From Macrostomum lignano (Eukaryota), in contig NIVC01003331.1 of assembly GCA_002269645.1 (NCBI GenBank), positions 1 to 64,000 on the forward strand: a stretch of 64,000 nucleotides of DNA, given 5' to 3'. Of the stretch, positions 49,416 to 62,755 are shown piece by piece (the first letter of the stretch is position 1; the number at the start of each line of letters is the position of its first letter). The notes beneath the pieces are model-generated. The model had not been told where the DNA came from, did not search any database, and saw nothing but the letters and a program-made list of their open reading frames with translations. The translations under genes were made by a program, and so were the position numbers.

Positions 49416-49783
49416 ATGCCCGAATTGAAATCAGCCAAAGGCAACGCCAAATCAACTTCGTCGTTGAACAGCAAGAAGCAGCCGGCGGCGGCTATGGTCA
49501 CGCCGCCAAGATCCGTGAGTCCGAAGCCGCCGCTGCCGAAAACATCGTCTGTAGCTTCGGCTCCAGCGGCTACGCCTGCCGCTCAACCGCAAGAGCCGCA
49601 GCCGCCGCAGCCGCAGCCGCAGTCGCAAGCTCCTGGCACGCTCGAAGAGATCGAAGTACTATTCGTTAATAGTTTGGAAAAGAAATACGAGTGCCCGGTG
49701 TGTAGTCAGGTGCTGCGCTATCCTATGCAGTTTCCTCAATGCGGACACCGTTGCTGCAGTGCTTGCTTGCCGGAATTGCTCAG
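49416..49783 (+). CDS. TRAF4: TRAF4/trf-1-like TNF receptor-associated factor, exon 1 (Pro/Ala-rich N-terminus and most of the RING); gene 49416-56880, ~501 aa
   Basis: ATG at 49416. FVNSLEKKYECPVCSQVLRYPMQFPQCGHRCCSACLPELL. Donor AG|GTGCGA at 49784 (phase 2). Confidence 0.9.
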
Positions 49784-50474
49784 GTGCGAATTTACTCCGG
49801 AACGGCCTTGAAATTCAGCTTTAAGTTGGGAAGCAGCGACAAGGGCCGCTAAAAGTTACCTTTTAATAAGGATTTAGCCCTCAGTTTCTATGAAATGCTT
49901 TATTTAAAGGCCTACTTTCGCTCTGCAGTAGCAAAGCGACAACACTCATTTTTAGTATAGTGGACTAGCAATCTTCCCCCGTTGGGGGAGGCAACAGAGG
50001 AAGGAAAAAAAATTTTTAGTAGATTTCATGTAACCTTTGACCTTCTGCAGTCGCTATTGTTTAGTTTCTTGAATAAAATGACGTTTCATGTGACGTCCAT
50101 TGTCCAGTTAAGTCCTGATAAAACGATATTACCTCTAGCTGCGCTTGGATTGGGTGGAGGTTATAGTGTTGGGGCATTCTTTCAACATTCCGTGACCATG
50201 CTCGATTTTTAAACTGTACGAGCGTACAAATCAGATCCTGATAGCAGCGTCGTTGCACTTGGGTCGCACTTTTTAAAAAAATCTGTAACTTTTAACTGCA
50301 TCAAATCTAACTGCATGCTGAATGCATCAGTTTCATCTGCATTGCAAAACGGAATCTGAGCTCCCTTTTCTCCCTGGATTATTTTGCTTGAAAAACTGGG
50401 AGCTGCTTTTTTATTTTGGCTGCTTCCTGCTTTACAAAATTTTAACTAATATGCACTACTTTAATAACCGTCAG

Positions 50475-50628
50475 AGTGTCGCCCAGGTGTCCCCTGGACC
50501 AGACCAGCATCGACAAGGACAGAGTGCTGGAAGACCGTGCGTTTCAATCCGAGACAGAGGCGCTCGAGGTGAAATGTTCCTACTGCGCCAGGGGCTGCAA
50601 GTGGACCGGGCATCTGGTGGACCTGATG
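50475..50628 (+). CDS. TRAF4: TRAF exon 2 (RING end CPLD, first zinc finger)
   Basis: Acceptor tcag| at 50474 restores RVSPRCPLDQ..VKCSYCARGCKWTGHLVDLM. Donor |GTGAGG at 50629. Confidence 0.92.
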
Positions 50629-50650
50629 GTGAGGCGTTTGGAGTGGGTTA

Positions 50651-51165
<515 letters not shown>

Positions 51166-51848
51166 TTGTTGTAATGCCGCTACGTGGAGGGGCCTAAGCT
51201 GCTAGGGAAAGTTATTCTGCTGTCCTTAAACAAGCGTCGAACTACGTTAGGCCATGTTTCCCTTCCATCTCATCTGTCCCCCAAGATCTGGCCTGAAAGT
51301 TTCCACCTGCTATAATTAGTCTTGTCGACGTTCTCGTTTATGGCCTTTGTGGCTTTCACAAATGGCGGTTTCTTTTAAATTGCTGAAAAGTTGCTGGGGC
51401 AGCCTCTCTTTGCAAGAAAATCGATACAAGAGAAGGCAGGTAGGACAGAGGTGGAGAGGAGGAGACGAAAAAGCAGTTAAGAAGAAATTTTTAACAACCT
51501 TTGGTTGTTTGGTACTCTTAAAAGACTTTTTTGAGCAATTCTATGCGGCCTCACGATCGTCTCTCATCAGAGTGTTGAAGCCTCTCAAAGGGACAGGATT
51601 ATTGATCTTTAAATAGAAACAGAGTCAGTTGGAGTTAAGGACCAAGAAGGGCATACTTTTAGAAAATTGAGAGAGAGTTTGTTTTAATAAAATTCTGCAC
51701 TCCAAAAAGAAAGCTGATTTCTTTCAAGGTGATTTATATTATACTCAATCAATATCCAGTGAAGGCTATGGGCCTCTCTAAAGTCATTGCATATTTTAAC
51801 TTTAATATTTTAGTAGGCTGGCTACATTTAAACGTTTAATATTATAAT

Positions 51849-52140
51849 GGGCCTGTGTGCCACCCTGATGCACTTTAAGCGACATTGTCACACAACCGGC
51901 GAGGGGCATTACTGCCCATTCCGCCGACTCCCCTGAGCAGTCACACAAGCGCGCAGTCAAACGCACAGGCACACACTCACACAGACTCACAGCGTCCCTG
52001 ACTTTATTTATCGTTAGGCATGTACACTTCACTGCGCCTTGGGGGTTGGCCCTCAAGGCCGTTAATTGCACGAGCAGAGCCAAGCCGAGATTCCAATTCA
52101 GCCCCAAATTAATGCGACTTCACTTGGAATCGAGCCTGGG
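51849..52140 (-). mobile_element. Dispersed SINE-like family, copy 3, in TRAF intron 2
   Basis: The minus strand reads ccaggctcgattccaagtgaagtcgcattaatttgggg...gcacacaggccc. Confidence 0.88.
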
Positions 52141-52270
52141 CTGCAATTGAAGTACTTAAAAGTAAAGGACATTTAAATCGACATGAACCTATCGACATCG
52201 ACATAAACTAGATATATTTTTTCATAAAAAGTCATCGCTTAAGAATAATCATTAATCCCCACTTCAACAG

Positions 52271-52591
52271 CCGCATTTGGAGACCTGCGACCGCGGCCTC
52301 ACGGTGTGCCCTCTGAACTGCGGCATAGTGTTCGAGAAGCGCTTCCTTGACAAGCACCGACAGCAGGACTGCGCCAAGCGTCAGGTGAAATGCCGCCTGT
52401 GCTCCGCTGAGATGCTCGCCCACGACGAGCCCGACCACGCCAGCGAGTGTCCAAAAGCGCCAGTTCAGTGTCCGAATGGCTGCTCGAATCCGAAGTTGGT
52501 CATCACTAGGGAGATGCTGACGGCCCATCTGTCCGCTTGTCCCAAACAGGAGACGTCTTGCCCTTTGGCTGTGCACGGCTGCGAGTTCAAG
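52271..52591 (+). CDS. TRAF4: TRAF exon 3 (TRAF-type zinc fingers)
   Basis: caacag|CCGCAT. PHLETC..CPLNCG..HRQQDC..CRLC..HASEC..CPNGC..HLSAC..CPLAVHGCEFK. Donor |GTTAGT at 52592. Confidence 0.93.
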
Positions 52592-52597
52592 GTTAGT

Positions 52598-52599
52598 AG

Positions 52600-52633
<34 letters not shown>

Positions 52634-52634
52634 G

Positions 52635-52725
<91 letters not shown>

Positions 52726-52742
52726 GACTAGCTAACTAACTG

Positions 52743-52797
<55 letters not shown>

Positions 52798-52798
52798 G

Positions 52799-52838
<40 letters not shown>

Positions 52839-52839
52839 G

Positions 52840-52880
<41 letters not shown>

Positions 52881-52881
52881 C

Positions 52882-52925
<44 letters not shown>

Positions 52926-53177
52926 GCCTGACTAACTAGCTAACTAACTAACTGACTAACTAACTAACTAACAAACTAACTAACTGACTAACTAACTAAC
53001 TAACTAACTAACTGACTAACTAACTAACTAACTGACTGACTGACTAACTAACTGCCTGACTAACTAGCTAACTAACTAACTGACTAACTAACTAACTGAC
53101 TGACTAAATAACTAACTAACTGACTGACTAACAAACTAACTGCCTGACTAACTAGCTAACTAACTAACTAACTAACC

Positions 53178-53241
<64 letters not shown>

Positions 53242-53258
53242 GACTAGCTAACTAACTG

Positions 53259-53313
<55 letters not shown>

Positions 53314-53314
53314 G

Positions 53315-53362
<48 letters not shown>

Positions 53363-53363
53363 G

Positions 53364-53441
<78 letters not shown>

Positions 53442-53470
53442 GCCTGACTAACTAGCTAACTAACTAACTG

Positions 53471-53509
<39 letters not shown>

Positions 53510-53685
53510 GACTAACTAACTAACTAACTAACTAACTGACTAACTAACTAACTAACTGACTGACTAACTAACTAACTGCCTGACTAACTAGCTAACTAAC
53601 TAACTGACTAACTAACTAACTGACTGACTAACTAACTAACTGCCTGACTAACTAGCTAACTAACTAACTAACTAACTAACTAACC

Positions 53686-53763
<78 letters not shown>

Positions 53764-53806
53764 ATAACTAACTAACTAACTAACTGACTAACTGACTAAC
53801 TGACTG

Positions 53807-53858
<52 letters not shown>

Positions 53859-53874
53859 GCTAACTAACTAACTG

Positions 53875-53916
<42 letters not shown>

Positions 53917-53936
53917 CAACTAACTAACTAACTAAG

Positions 53937-53968
<32 letters not shown>

Positions 53969-53969
53969 C

Positions 53970-54003
<34 letters not shown>

Positions 54004-54043
54004 CTAACTAACTAACTAACTAACTAACTAACTGACTAACTAA
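52598..54043. repeat. (TAAC)n microsatellite with TGAC/TAGC variants filling TRAF intron 3
   Basis: About 1.45 kb of taactaac, covering nearly the whole intron (52592-54055). Confidence 0.98.
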
Positions 54044-54055
54044 AACAACACCCAG

Positions 54056-54389
54056 GGCAAGAAGCAGGATGTCCAGTCGCACCTGCAAACTATGCAGTCG
54101 TATCACACTGAGCTACTTTGCACAGCCTTCAAGTCGGCTCGTGAGCGCCTGGAAACAAAAGAAAAACAAGCCGCTGACCTCGAGGAGAAAGTTATCGGCT
54201 TGGAGAAGCGCATCCGCTGCATGGAGTCCGTCTACGGGCCGCAGATGATCTGGCGAATCGAGAACTACGCCGAAAAGCTGGCGGAGGCGAAGTCTGGAAA
54301 GAAGGTCACCATCTACAGCCCGCCATTTCTGAGTCATCGGCATGGATATAAGTTGGCTGCGTCAGCCTGCCTGTTTGGCGATGGGGCTG
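54056..54389 (+). CDS. TRAF4: TRAF exon 4 (coiled coil and start of MATH domain)
   Basis: cccag|GGC in frame. KQAADLEEKVIGLEKRI..MIWRIENYAEKLAEAKSGKKVTIYSPPFLSHRHGYKL..LFGDGA. Donor G|GTGAGG at 54390. Confidence 0.93.
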
Positions 54390-54519
54390 GTGAGGATGCT
54401 GAGCACGGGAATTTGTTATCTTTATTAGCAGATTAGTCCTCACTTATCAATACAAATACATGTAGCAGTGTCTAATCACATATTGTTCATAGAATTTGTA
54501 ATCTTAATCCTACTGAACT

Positions 54520-54970
54520 CTAATCCGATGTCAATCTCATCTCATCTCAGTCTAATCCAATCTCAATCTGATCCAATCACAATCTGATCTAATCTCAATG
54601 TGATCTAATCTCAATCTGATCCAATCTAAATCTGATCCAATCCCAATCTGATCTAATCTTAATCTGATCTAATCCCAATCTGATCCAATGTTAATCTGAT
54701 CTAATCTCAATCTGATCCAATGTCAATCTGATCCAATCTCAATCTGATCCAATCTAAATCTGATCCAATCTAAATCTGATCTAATCTCAATCTGATCTAA
54801 TCTATATCTGATCTAATCTCAATCTGATCCAATGTTAATCTGATCTAATCTATATCTGATCTAATCTCAATCTGATCTAATCTTAATCTGATCCTATCTC
54901 AATCATCTAATCCCATCTCAGTATGATCCAATCTCAATATAATCCCATTACAATGTAATCTCAACCTAAT
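54520..54970. repeat. ~16-bp degenerate minisatellite (aatctgatc(t/c)aatctc) in TRAF intron 4
   Basis: Recurrent aatctgatctaatctc and aatctgatccaatct units. Confidence 0.9.
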
Positions 54971-56551
54971 TTTTCCCAATGAAAAACCATTATTTGTTTC
55001 ATTAGCTTCTATACTTAGCTCGTAAAAATTGAACATGTATAAAAAATTTGTATATTAAAGAGTTTTTTTTATTTAGTTCGTGACAAAAAGTTTTAGTTGA
55101 ATGATGAAAAAAAATTGACAGGCATTAGGATTACACACGATTTTTAACAAATTGTCATGCCCCAATACGTGATGTGGGCTGATATTAACCTTGGATTGGT
55201 TTTCTTGCAATTAAAAATTTGCTGAATAATTTGTCTGTAGCTAGCTCTGCTTTACCAGTGCTACAGGCCAATTATATTCTAGGATAAATTGTATGAGTTG
55301 GGTCACACGCTTACGTGCAAATCCTGAAATTTGTATGCTAGGCAAGAAATTTTAGTCTTCTTTTTCATTACGTCTAACAATGAAAGTATAATAACAATCA
55401 TTTCACTTTTGAAAAAATTAGCCTAGACTTAACTTTTTTCAAGATTAAAGTATCTTTTGAAACTGTATATATGCAACTTTGTTATATTACGCATAGCTTC
55501 CAAATTACGTTTTGAAAAGTAGAAAAATACTTGCTAGCCGAGAAAAAACATTTTAATTCGCTAGGATTTGGTAAATTCAGAAAGATTAATTCTACCTATA
55601 CTACTTTTTTTAGATAGATATGTACTTTTAATTATAGTATTTAATTAAGTTGGTCAGAACTTGCGAAAGCTTTCATAGGGCCCCCAACCCCCGTTTCAAA
55701 TTAAATCCACGATAGCTAATTATAAGAGGACGCGTTTAAAACAAGTTTTAGCAACCAAAAGCTTAAAATTTTACCCAAAATAGTTTTGAAAGGGAATAGC
55801 TAGCTAATATAAATAATATTGAACTTTGAAATTTTTGACAACTTTCCAACTTGTGACTTAAAGGAACATTTACATAATTGGAGCCACAATTCTTGTTGGC
55901 TTGAAATGGCATTGCATACTTATACTTGAATAGTTAAGTAGCATATGGGCGTAGAGTAAGTAGATCGTGGCGTATAATTTTTAAAATCTGGTGACCTGCA
56001 TGTTTAACGCACGTAAGTAAAAACACTTTACGACTGTCTTTGTACTTTGTATAACCATTGGCATAATATACTATATAATGTAAGTATAAGTATAGTATAG
56101 ACTAATATATATGTCCTTATTCTCGATCTCTTTATTCTCTTTTTAATCAATATGGATTTACGAGCTAAATGGAAAAATCGATTAAGGGTTAGTGCTATAT
56201 TAAAAGCATGTGGATCCACAAGTATTTGTGTTTCTGATGAAGAACTTAAGGCCACTCAAAACATTAGTTTTTAGACTGTTGTTATCTATTAATAGTTCCC
56301 GAGTACAACCAAGTAAAATTGTTTTACTGAAGTGCGCTAAAATGTTCAGTCCAAAAATTAGAAAGCCAGTTTGAGTTACTCCAATGCATTCAATGAATAC
56401 TGTATTTATTTGAAGCGAATATTAGCTATAATTATTTATTTTTGTCATGGTGTGTACTTTGTCTTCAACACGTAATTTTGAAGAAAACAAGTTTGCAGAC
56501 TTCTTTAAATTACTAAAACAAAGCCAATAATTCACCGTTAATTCCGCGCAG

Positions 56552-56880
56552 CCCGCGGAAAGTACATGTCGGTGTTCATCTGCATCTGTAAAAGCGACAA
56601 CGACTCGCTGCTTCAGTGGCCATTCAGCCATCGAATCAACTTCGAATTACTCGACCAGCGAGATCAAACCGAAGCCAGGCGCAACATTTCCTACTCGTTC
56701 AAACCGAATCTGTGCTCCGAGAATCGGCCATTCCTTGACAGGCCGATTGGCGAACGAAATCCCAGCTTCGGATGCGTTCGCTTCGCCGACTTGGACTGCA
56801 TCGCCGCCAAGCAGTTTGTACGAGACGACTCAATCTTCATCAAAGTGACGGTCGATTGCGAGAATATCAAACCGTTTTGA
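56552..56880 (+). CDS. TRAF4: TRAF exon 5 (MATH/TRAF-C domain end)
   Basis: gcgcag|CC in phase 1. KYMSVFI..LLQWPFSHRINFELLDQ..FLDRPIGERNPSFG..FVRDDSIFIKVTVD. TGA at 56878-56880. Summed exons are 1506 nt = 502 codons. Confidence 0.94.
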
Positions 56881-57289
56881 AACGTTGAAGAAAGCTCGGT
56901 AAACGAAAAGCACCGATATATAAAACTTGAGATGCTTTAGACCAGGCTAGCTGTAGATAGCCAGTGTTTTGCATTGCGGGGCGCTTTGGCACCTGGTTTA
57001 ACAAAAAATGGTGAATAAATAATAAGTGCTTCATATTAAAGTATAAGCTGTTGAAAACCGCGGATTTTAAACCCGCAGAATTCCGATCCCCGGACCTATT
57101 TTTGCAAAAATTCTTTATTTTGAAGTCATACTAATACTCAAACAAAAACTTGTCAATATTTAAGATATAGAGGTTTGAAAAATGGAGTAAATTCGTGTTA
57201 AATTAAGATTTGAGCCAAGCATTGATCTGGTCAGCTGGGGTGCCGCCACGCAGAATGAATCTCTCTAAATGTCTGTCTTAAGCATGTGG

Positions 57290-57505
57290 GCTTCTTTGAA
57301 ACTTCTCTCCTTTCTCCTCTTTCCTCTCGGATTTTCTTTTCTCATCTTATTTATCCTCTTGTATTCTCTCTCTCTTCTCTCCTCTTTTATCAATTTTCTT
57401 TTTATCTCATCTCTTTTCTCTCATCTCTGCTCTCTCTTCTCTTCTCCCTCGTCTCTTCTCTCTTCTCTCTACCCTCTCTCCTCTCTTCTCCTCTCTCGTC
57501 TCTTT
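57290..57505. repeat. C/T-rich low-complexity tract
   Basis: ctctctcttctct-type run. Confidence 0.85.
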
Positions 57506-59487
57506 ACAGTATAACAATATATGCTGCAAAAAGGGTATATTTAGATAGGTGAAAAATTGGTTGCTAAATTAATACTTCTTAGATTTAGATTTATAGAAAC
57601 TTATAGGCTTGTTGATCAGCCTGGTTACATGTTAATACTTTCTATAGAAGCTGTAACGCCCCCAAAACCGACACTATAATACTTACCAAGCATTCGGATT
57701 GAATGGAGAGTGAGATATGAAGAATTTTTACCCATTGAGTCATAAAATTTTGTGGCGAGTTGAGCCACGTAAAGTTTATTTGGAAGTAGCAGAGTGGAGG
57801 CGCGCGAGACAAAAGTCTAAAGTTATATAGGCCAGCGGTGTACACTGGGCAGCCAATCAACGCACAGCGACCGTGCACCTAGCGCCGGCCTCCCCGGCCG
57901 GGGTTGGGGTGGCTGCTGGAGCGCGTACGCGCGTGTGGCGTGACCGCCACAATTCTCTTTATTTTTTATACTTTAAACTGTATTTTTTATACAAGATAAC
58001 TTTTCCTGTAAATGCTACTTGTAGTAAGCGCGAGCGCACGTTTACCAAACCGTCTGTTGTGTGTCAAATTAATTTCGTGTTGGAATGAAAATTTTTAATC
58101 CACTATAGAAGCGCTGAAATATCCCCCCCCCCTGAAAAAGTGTCAGCTATAAGATCTAGAATTGATTTTCATGTCGCACTGATTAGGCGCCAGGATTTTT
58201 CTGTTCCCATGAGGAGTCTTGAATTGCTAATTGTGCCCGAGACTTGAGATGGGCGTTAATCTGATTTGATGCCTCTGTGGGTTAGGATTTAGGAAGTTAG
58301 CTAGCACTCAACACTCGATCATACTTGATAAAATTTCAGTTGAAGACGCCTTTTCTATAATTTTTTTTGAGATTTAAGAGCTTCGTTTTCAAATGCCTTC
58401 TCAATATCGCGTTCTCATCTTTATTAAACGTTTTATCTGCGTTGTCAACTGATTTGTTGTTTCCCTGACCTCCTTAATGTCTTCATTATTGAAGCTTTCT
58501 CTCTAACTTTAATTTTTTTCGCCAAAATTGTTTCAATTTAGTTACTGATGCAATCAATCAGTTTTATCAATAATTACCAATTAGTACATTTTGGAGATCA
58601 TAGCGATTTTCATATTTTACAGCGCAAAATTTATAGTTGCCTAAGGCAGGGCAGACCCAATGTTTCTGCATCTCCTGATGTGGCTTCGTTTATAATAACT
58701 CTATTGATATTCGAAGAGCTGTTTTAAAGAAAATTAGGATTCTATATGCTAATTTCCTCTTGTACGTACTTCTCCTGTGTCGGAAAGTCATAAAATGGCA
58801 TAACTAGCAACTAGGTAAGCTTTCTCATAAGTATGGCCTATATATACTCGTATACTTGCCTAATATAATGAAACATTTTTATTCTAAACAAAAAGCTCTA
58901 TAGGAATATCAATCGAGTTATAATGAAGTACTTTTACTTGAGCAGTCCTTGTTAATTGCATGTGAGAACCTGTTCTTCTGTCGCAGTTAACGCCGGAAAA
59001 AGTTAAATCGTTTTGCTTTGTTTGTCTTTGCTAAGCTACAAATTAAAAATCTTCGTTTTGTCACGTACGCGGAAGCTGTTGTTCTTGAATATTTTTTCTA
59101 TAAAAAGACTTCTTTTGAAACTCTTTGCAACGCTTCAACTGTCTCTTTGCCACTCTTGTGATTAATTTGCTTTCACTGGATTATAATTGCTGCCTTCTAG
59201 TATATTTTTCTGTATTTTTAAACAATTAAAGCCAAATATACTAATAAAACAGAATATAACAATACTAATATATATTTGTCTACGTTAATCGGATAAACAG
59301 TTTACATCAAAACGGCTCGCGTGTATTTTGGGAATGAACTTGATTTTTTTACAATATAGCTTATTTTGAGATATATATATATTTATTCGTATTTAATAGG
59401 CAAACTTTTTATAGACAAATAAGACTCATTGTTTATAGAACATGCAGTTACAAAATACAAAGCATGGTACTGTATTTGTAAAAATAT

Positions 59488-60597
59488 CCTAATCCCTCTT
59501 CCGATGTGTTTAAATGAACTGTTAATCCTTCTTCCGGTGTGTTTAAATGAACTGCTAATCCTTCTTCCGGTGTGTTTAAATGAACTGCTAATCCTTCTTC
59601 CGGTGTGTTTAAATGAACTACTAATCCTTCTTCCGGTGTGTTTAAATGAACTGCTAATCCTTCTTCCGGTGTGTTTAAATGAACTTTTAATCCTTCTTCC
59701 GGTGTGTTTAAATAAACTGTTAATCCTTCTTCCGGTGTGTTTAAATGAACTACTAATCGTTCTTCCGGTGTGTTTAAATGAACTGCTAATCCTTCTTCCG
59801 GTGTGTTTAAATGAAATGCTAATCGTTTTCCGGTGTGTTTAAATGAACTGCTAATCCTTCTTCCGGTGTGTTTAAATGAACTGCTAATCCCTCTTCCGGT
59901 GCGTTTAAATAAACTGTTAATCCTTCTTCCGGTGTGTTTAAATGAAATGCTAATCGTTTTCCGGTGTGTTTAAATGAATTGCTAATCCTTCTTCCGGTGT
60001 GTTTAAATGAACTGCTAATCCTTCTTCCGGTGTGTTTAAATAAACTGTTAATCCTTCTTCCGGTGTGTTTAAATGAACTGTTAATCCTTCTTCCGGTGTG
60101 TTTAAATAAACTGTTAATCCCTCTTCCGGTGCGTTTAAATAAACTGTTAATCCTTCTTCCGGTGTGTTTAAATGAAATGCTAATCGTTTTCCGGTGTGTT
60201 TAAATGAATTGCTAATCCTTCTTCCGGTGTGTTTAAATGAACTGCTAATCCTTCTTCCGGTGTGTTTAAATAAACTGTTAATCCTTCTTCCGGTGTGTTT
60301 AAATGAACTGTTAATCCTTCTTCCGGTGTGTTTAAATAAACTGTTAATCCTTCTTCCGGTGTGTTTAAATAAACTGTTAATTCTTCTTCCGGTGTGTTTA
60401 AATAAACTGTTAATCCTTCTTCCGGTGTGTTTAAATAAACTGTTAATTCTTCTTCCGGTGTGTTTAAATAAACTGTTAATCCTTCTTCCGGTGTGTTTAA
60501 ATGAAATGCTAATCGTTTTCCGGTGTGTTTAAATGAACTGCTAATCCTTCTTCCGGTGTGTTTAAATGAACTGCTAATCCCTCTTCCGGTGCGTTTC
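59488..60597. repeat. 33-bp minisatellite (~33 copies) with a recurring 32-bp variant
   Basis: Unit ttccggtgtgtttaaatgaactgctaatccttc; variant gaaatgctaatcgttttccgg at ~59812, 59942, 60172 and 60500. Confidence 0.97.
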
Positions 60598-60697
60598 AAT
60601 AGGCTGCTATCAAAGTACGCGTACTGTAAGTAAATTTCAAAGCAGGTTACGCAATTCTTGGTCAGCAAAACGTTCTTCAACTATTCAACGTACATCG

Positions 60698-61341
60698 CTA
60701 CACATAGTCTCGTCTACAAGGCGCTTCAGCTCCCATTCGCTGTCCAGCTGACCCACTAGATCCGCTATTGATCAGAGCAGCAAACCGAGACGACGCAGTA
60801 GCTGTTTGCAGAGCTCCGTTGTCGCCATCAACAAACTCGTCGCATTCTTCGTCGTCGTCTAGCTCGACTACCGTGGGTACTAACAGCACTCGAGTTTCAT
60901 CCACGGTTCGAGGCGTTACAGGTAGGGAGCTCGCGTTGCTGTGGTTACTAATCACAGTCGATGAGGTCATCGGTTGAAGCCTGAGGCTGCCGCTGTCGCC
61001 CTGCTGCTGAAACATTGTCGGTGAGGACAACAGTGCAGCCTGACGCTGATATCGACAGTGCGTTGAATAGTGGCTGACGGATGTGGTAGCGGCGTCACCG
61101 ATTCCGCTGCTACATGTACATCCGGGTTCATCGTAGTCGCTCCAGGACGACAGTTCGGAGGCAAAGTAAAACTCAGCGCCGCAGCAGGTGAACCGACTTG
61201 TGTCCCGGAGGCAGCAGTAGAGAGCCGCTGCCACCAGTACGCCCGCGCTGATAGCCGAGGTGACGAGTGCCAAACAGACTGGCCAAGTTGCGGACGCCAA
61301 GGTTGCGGTTGGAGACATGGCTCTGGCTGATATTGCAGGCG
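60698..61341 (-). CDS. Putative single-pass membrane protein (TM helix and Ser/Thr-rich, acidic tail); probably a terminal exon
   Basis: 206-aa ORF from ATG 61318 with hydrophobic WPVCLALVTSAISAGVLVAAALYCC followed by LRD. Acceptor ccttag| at 61342 leaves the frame open up to the ATG. Confidence 0.7.
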
Positions 61342-61687
61342 CTAAGGTTCAATTTGAAAGTGGCTGGATGAGTTCTCTAGGCGGAGATGCTAAATACTCG
61401 TATCATGATGGGACGGCAAATTTGACCAATCCTGTTGGCCCGTTCGGGATACAGTAGGGATGAGGTGGATTGCCGGGGAAGTGAAGATCAGTTAAGAAGG
61501 AATCGCGGTGGGGGAAGGAGAGAAACTGAAAATTTCTGATTTCCAGGTGGGTAAAACGTGTTATATTGCAGATTAAAGTGCAGATTTATGAGTTTGGGCG
61601 TAGCTAGTTGCAAATTTTTATCAAAGTAAAGCTTGGAAACGAATGAAGACCGCTAATGCAATAAGTCACGATGCTTTGAAATGCATA

Positions 61688-61791
61688 GACAGACAGACAG
61701 ACAGACACTAAAACAGGCAGGAAGGCAGACAGACAGAGACACTAAGACAGACAGGCAGAACGAAAATAGACTGACACTAAAACAAGCAGGC

Positions 61792-61828
<37 letters not shown>

Positions 61829-61955
61829 CTAAGACAGACAGACAGACAGACAGACACTAAGACAGACAGACACTAAGACACAGACACTAAGATATACAGG
61901 CAGAACGAAGATAGACTGACACTATAACAGGCAGGTAGACAGATAGACGACAGGC
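61688..61955. repeat. Compound (AGAC)n microsatellite
   Basis: agacagacagac interleaved with actaagac units. Confidence 0.9.
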
Positions 61956-62559
61956 AAAATGAGACATTTTCGCCGTTGTTGTTACATCTAAACTATAGTT
62001 CAAATATCAGAATGCTATGGTTTCCTCCGTGGTTATAGCACGCAACGACAAGTACAACACCAGATAGTGTGACGATAAATCCAGGCAACTCAGAAAACAA
62101 ATTTCCTGCCTTGAAAGTGATGTGGCTTTTTTCATTGCGTACCAGCTTCGCGCTGATGTAGAGTAACTAGAGTAACTAGCCAGGTGCTTCATCTACTCAT
62201 TCATATTCATTGCAACTTGCTTTTGCAATCGATAATATACGGTTTATTTGTAGGTAGCAATGCATTGCAATCTCTCTCTCTTTATGTCGGTTCTGTTGAC
62301 AATGCTCTCTCTGTATTAACTATATTTGCTCCTAATTCAACTGCAGGACCGATTTCTCGTTGAGTGAAGTCTCGCTTAGTCAATAACTATACACAGTATA
62401 AATACGTTCATCCCTACATCTGAGTAGTTGAATCGCAAAATGTGATACAATAGGCGCTAAAGTATCACCATTGAGTCAATTGCTTCAAGTATATTAATAA
62501 ACTATGGAGTGTTACTTAGGTAGACCAGGTCAGCAATACCTTTCTAAAGCTTTTCATCA

Positions 62560-62755
62560 GCACCAGAGTCAGTGGTCTGGCGCCGCGCTCTTATGTGCCA
62601 GGCTCGATTCCAAGTGCAGTCACATTAATTTGAGGCAAAATTTGAATCTCGGCTTGGCTCTGCTCGTGCAATTAGCGACCCTAACAATAATTATTGAAGT
62701 TAGGGCAGATGTACTGTCCTGTGTGAGTGTGTGCCTGTGCGTATGACTGCGTACG
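62560..62755 (+). mobile_element. Dispersed SINE-like family, copy 4, retaining a tRNA-like head with an internally altered body
   Basis: gagtcagtggtctggcgccgcgctc..ggctcgattcc (A- and B-box-like), then caagtgcagtc..tctcggcttggctctgctcgtgcaatt..tgtgagtgtgtgcctgtgcgtatgactgc. Confidence 0.8.

Noticed and set aside
57652-57665. LTR start (TGTAACGCCCC)
   Set aside because: No matching LTR end, second LTR, PBS or gag/pol ORF was found.
59429-60680. ORFs with VCLNELLILLP or NTPEEGLTVYL repeats
   Set aside because: Frames are open only because the 33-bp unit is a multiple of 3; there is no unique coding context.
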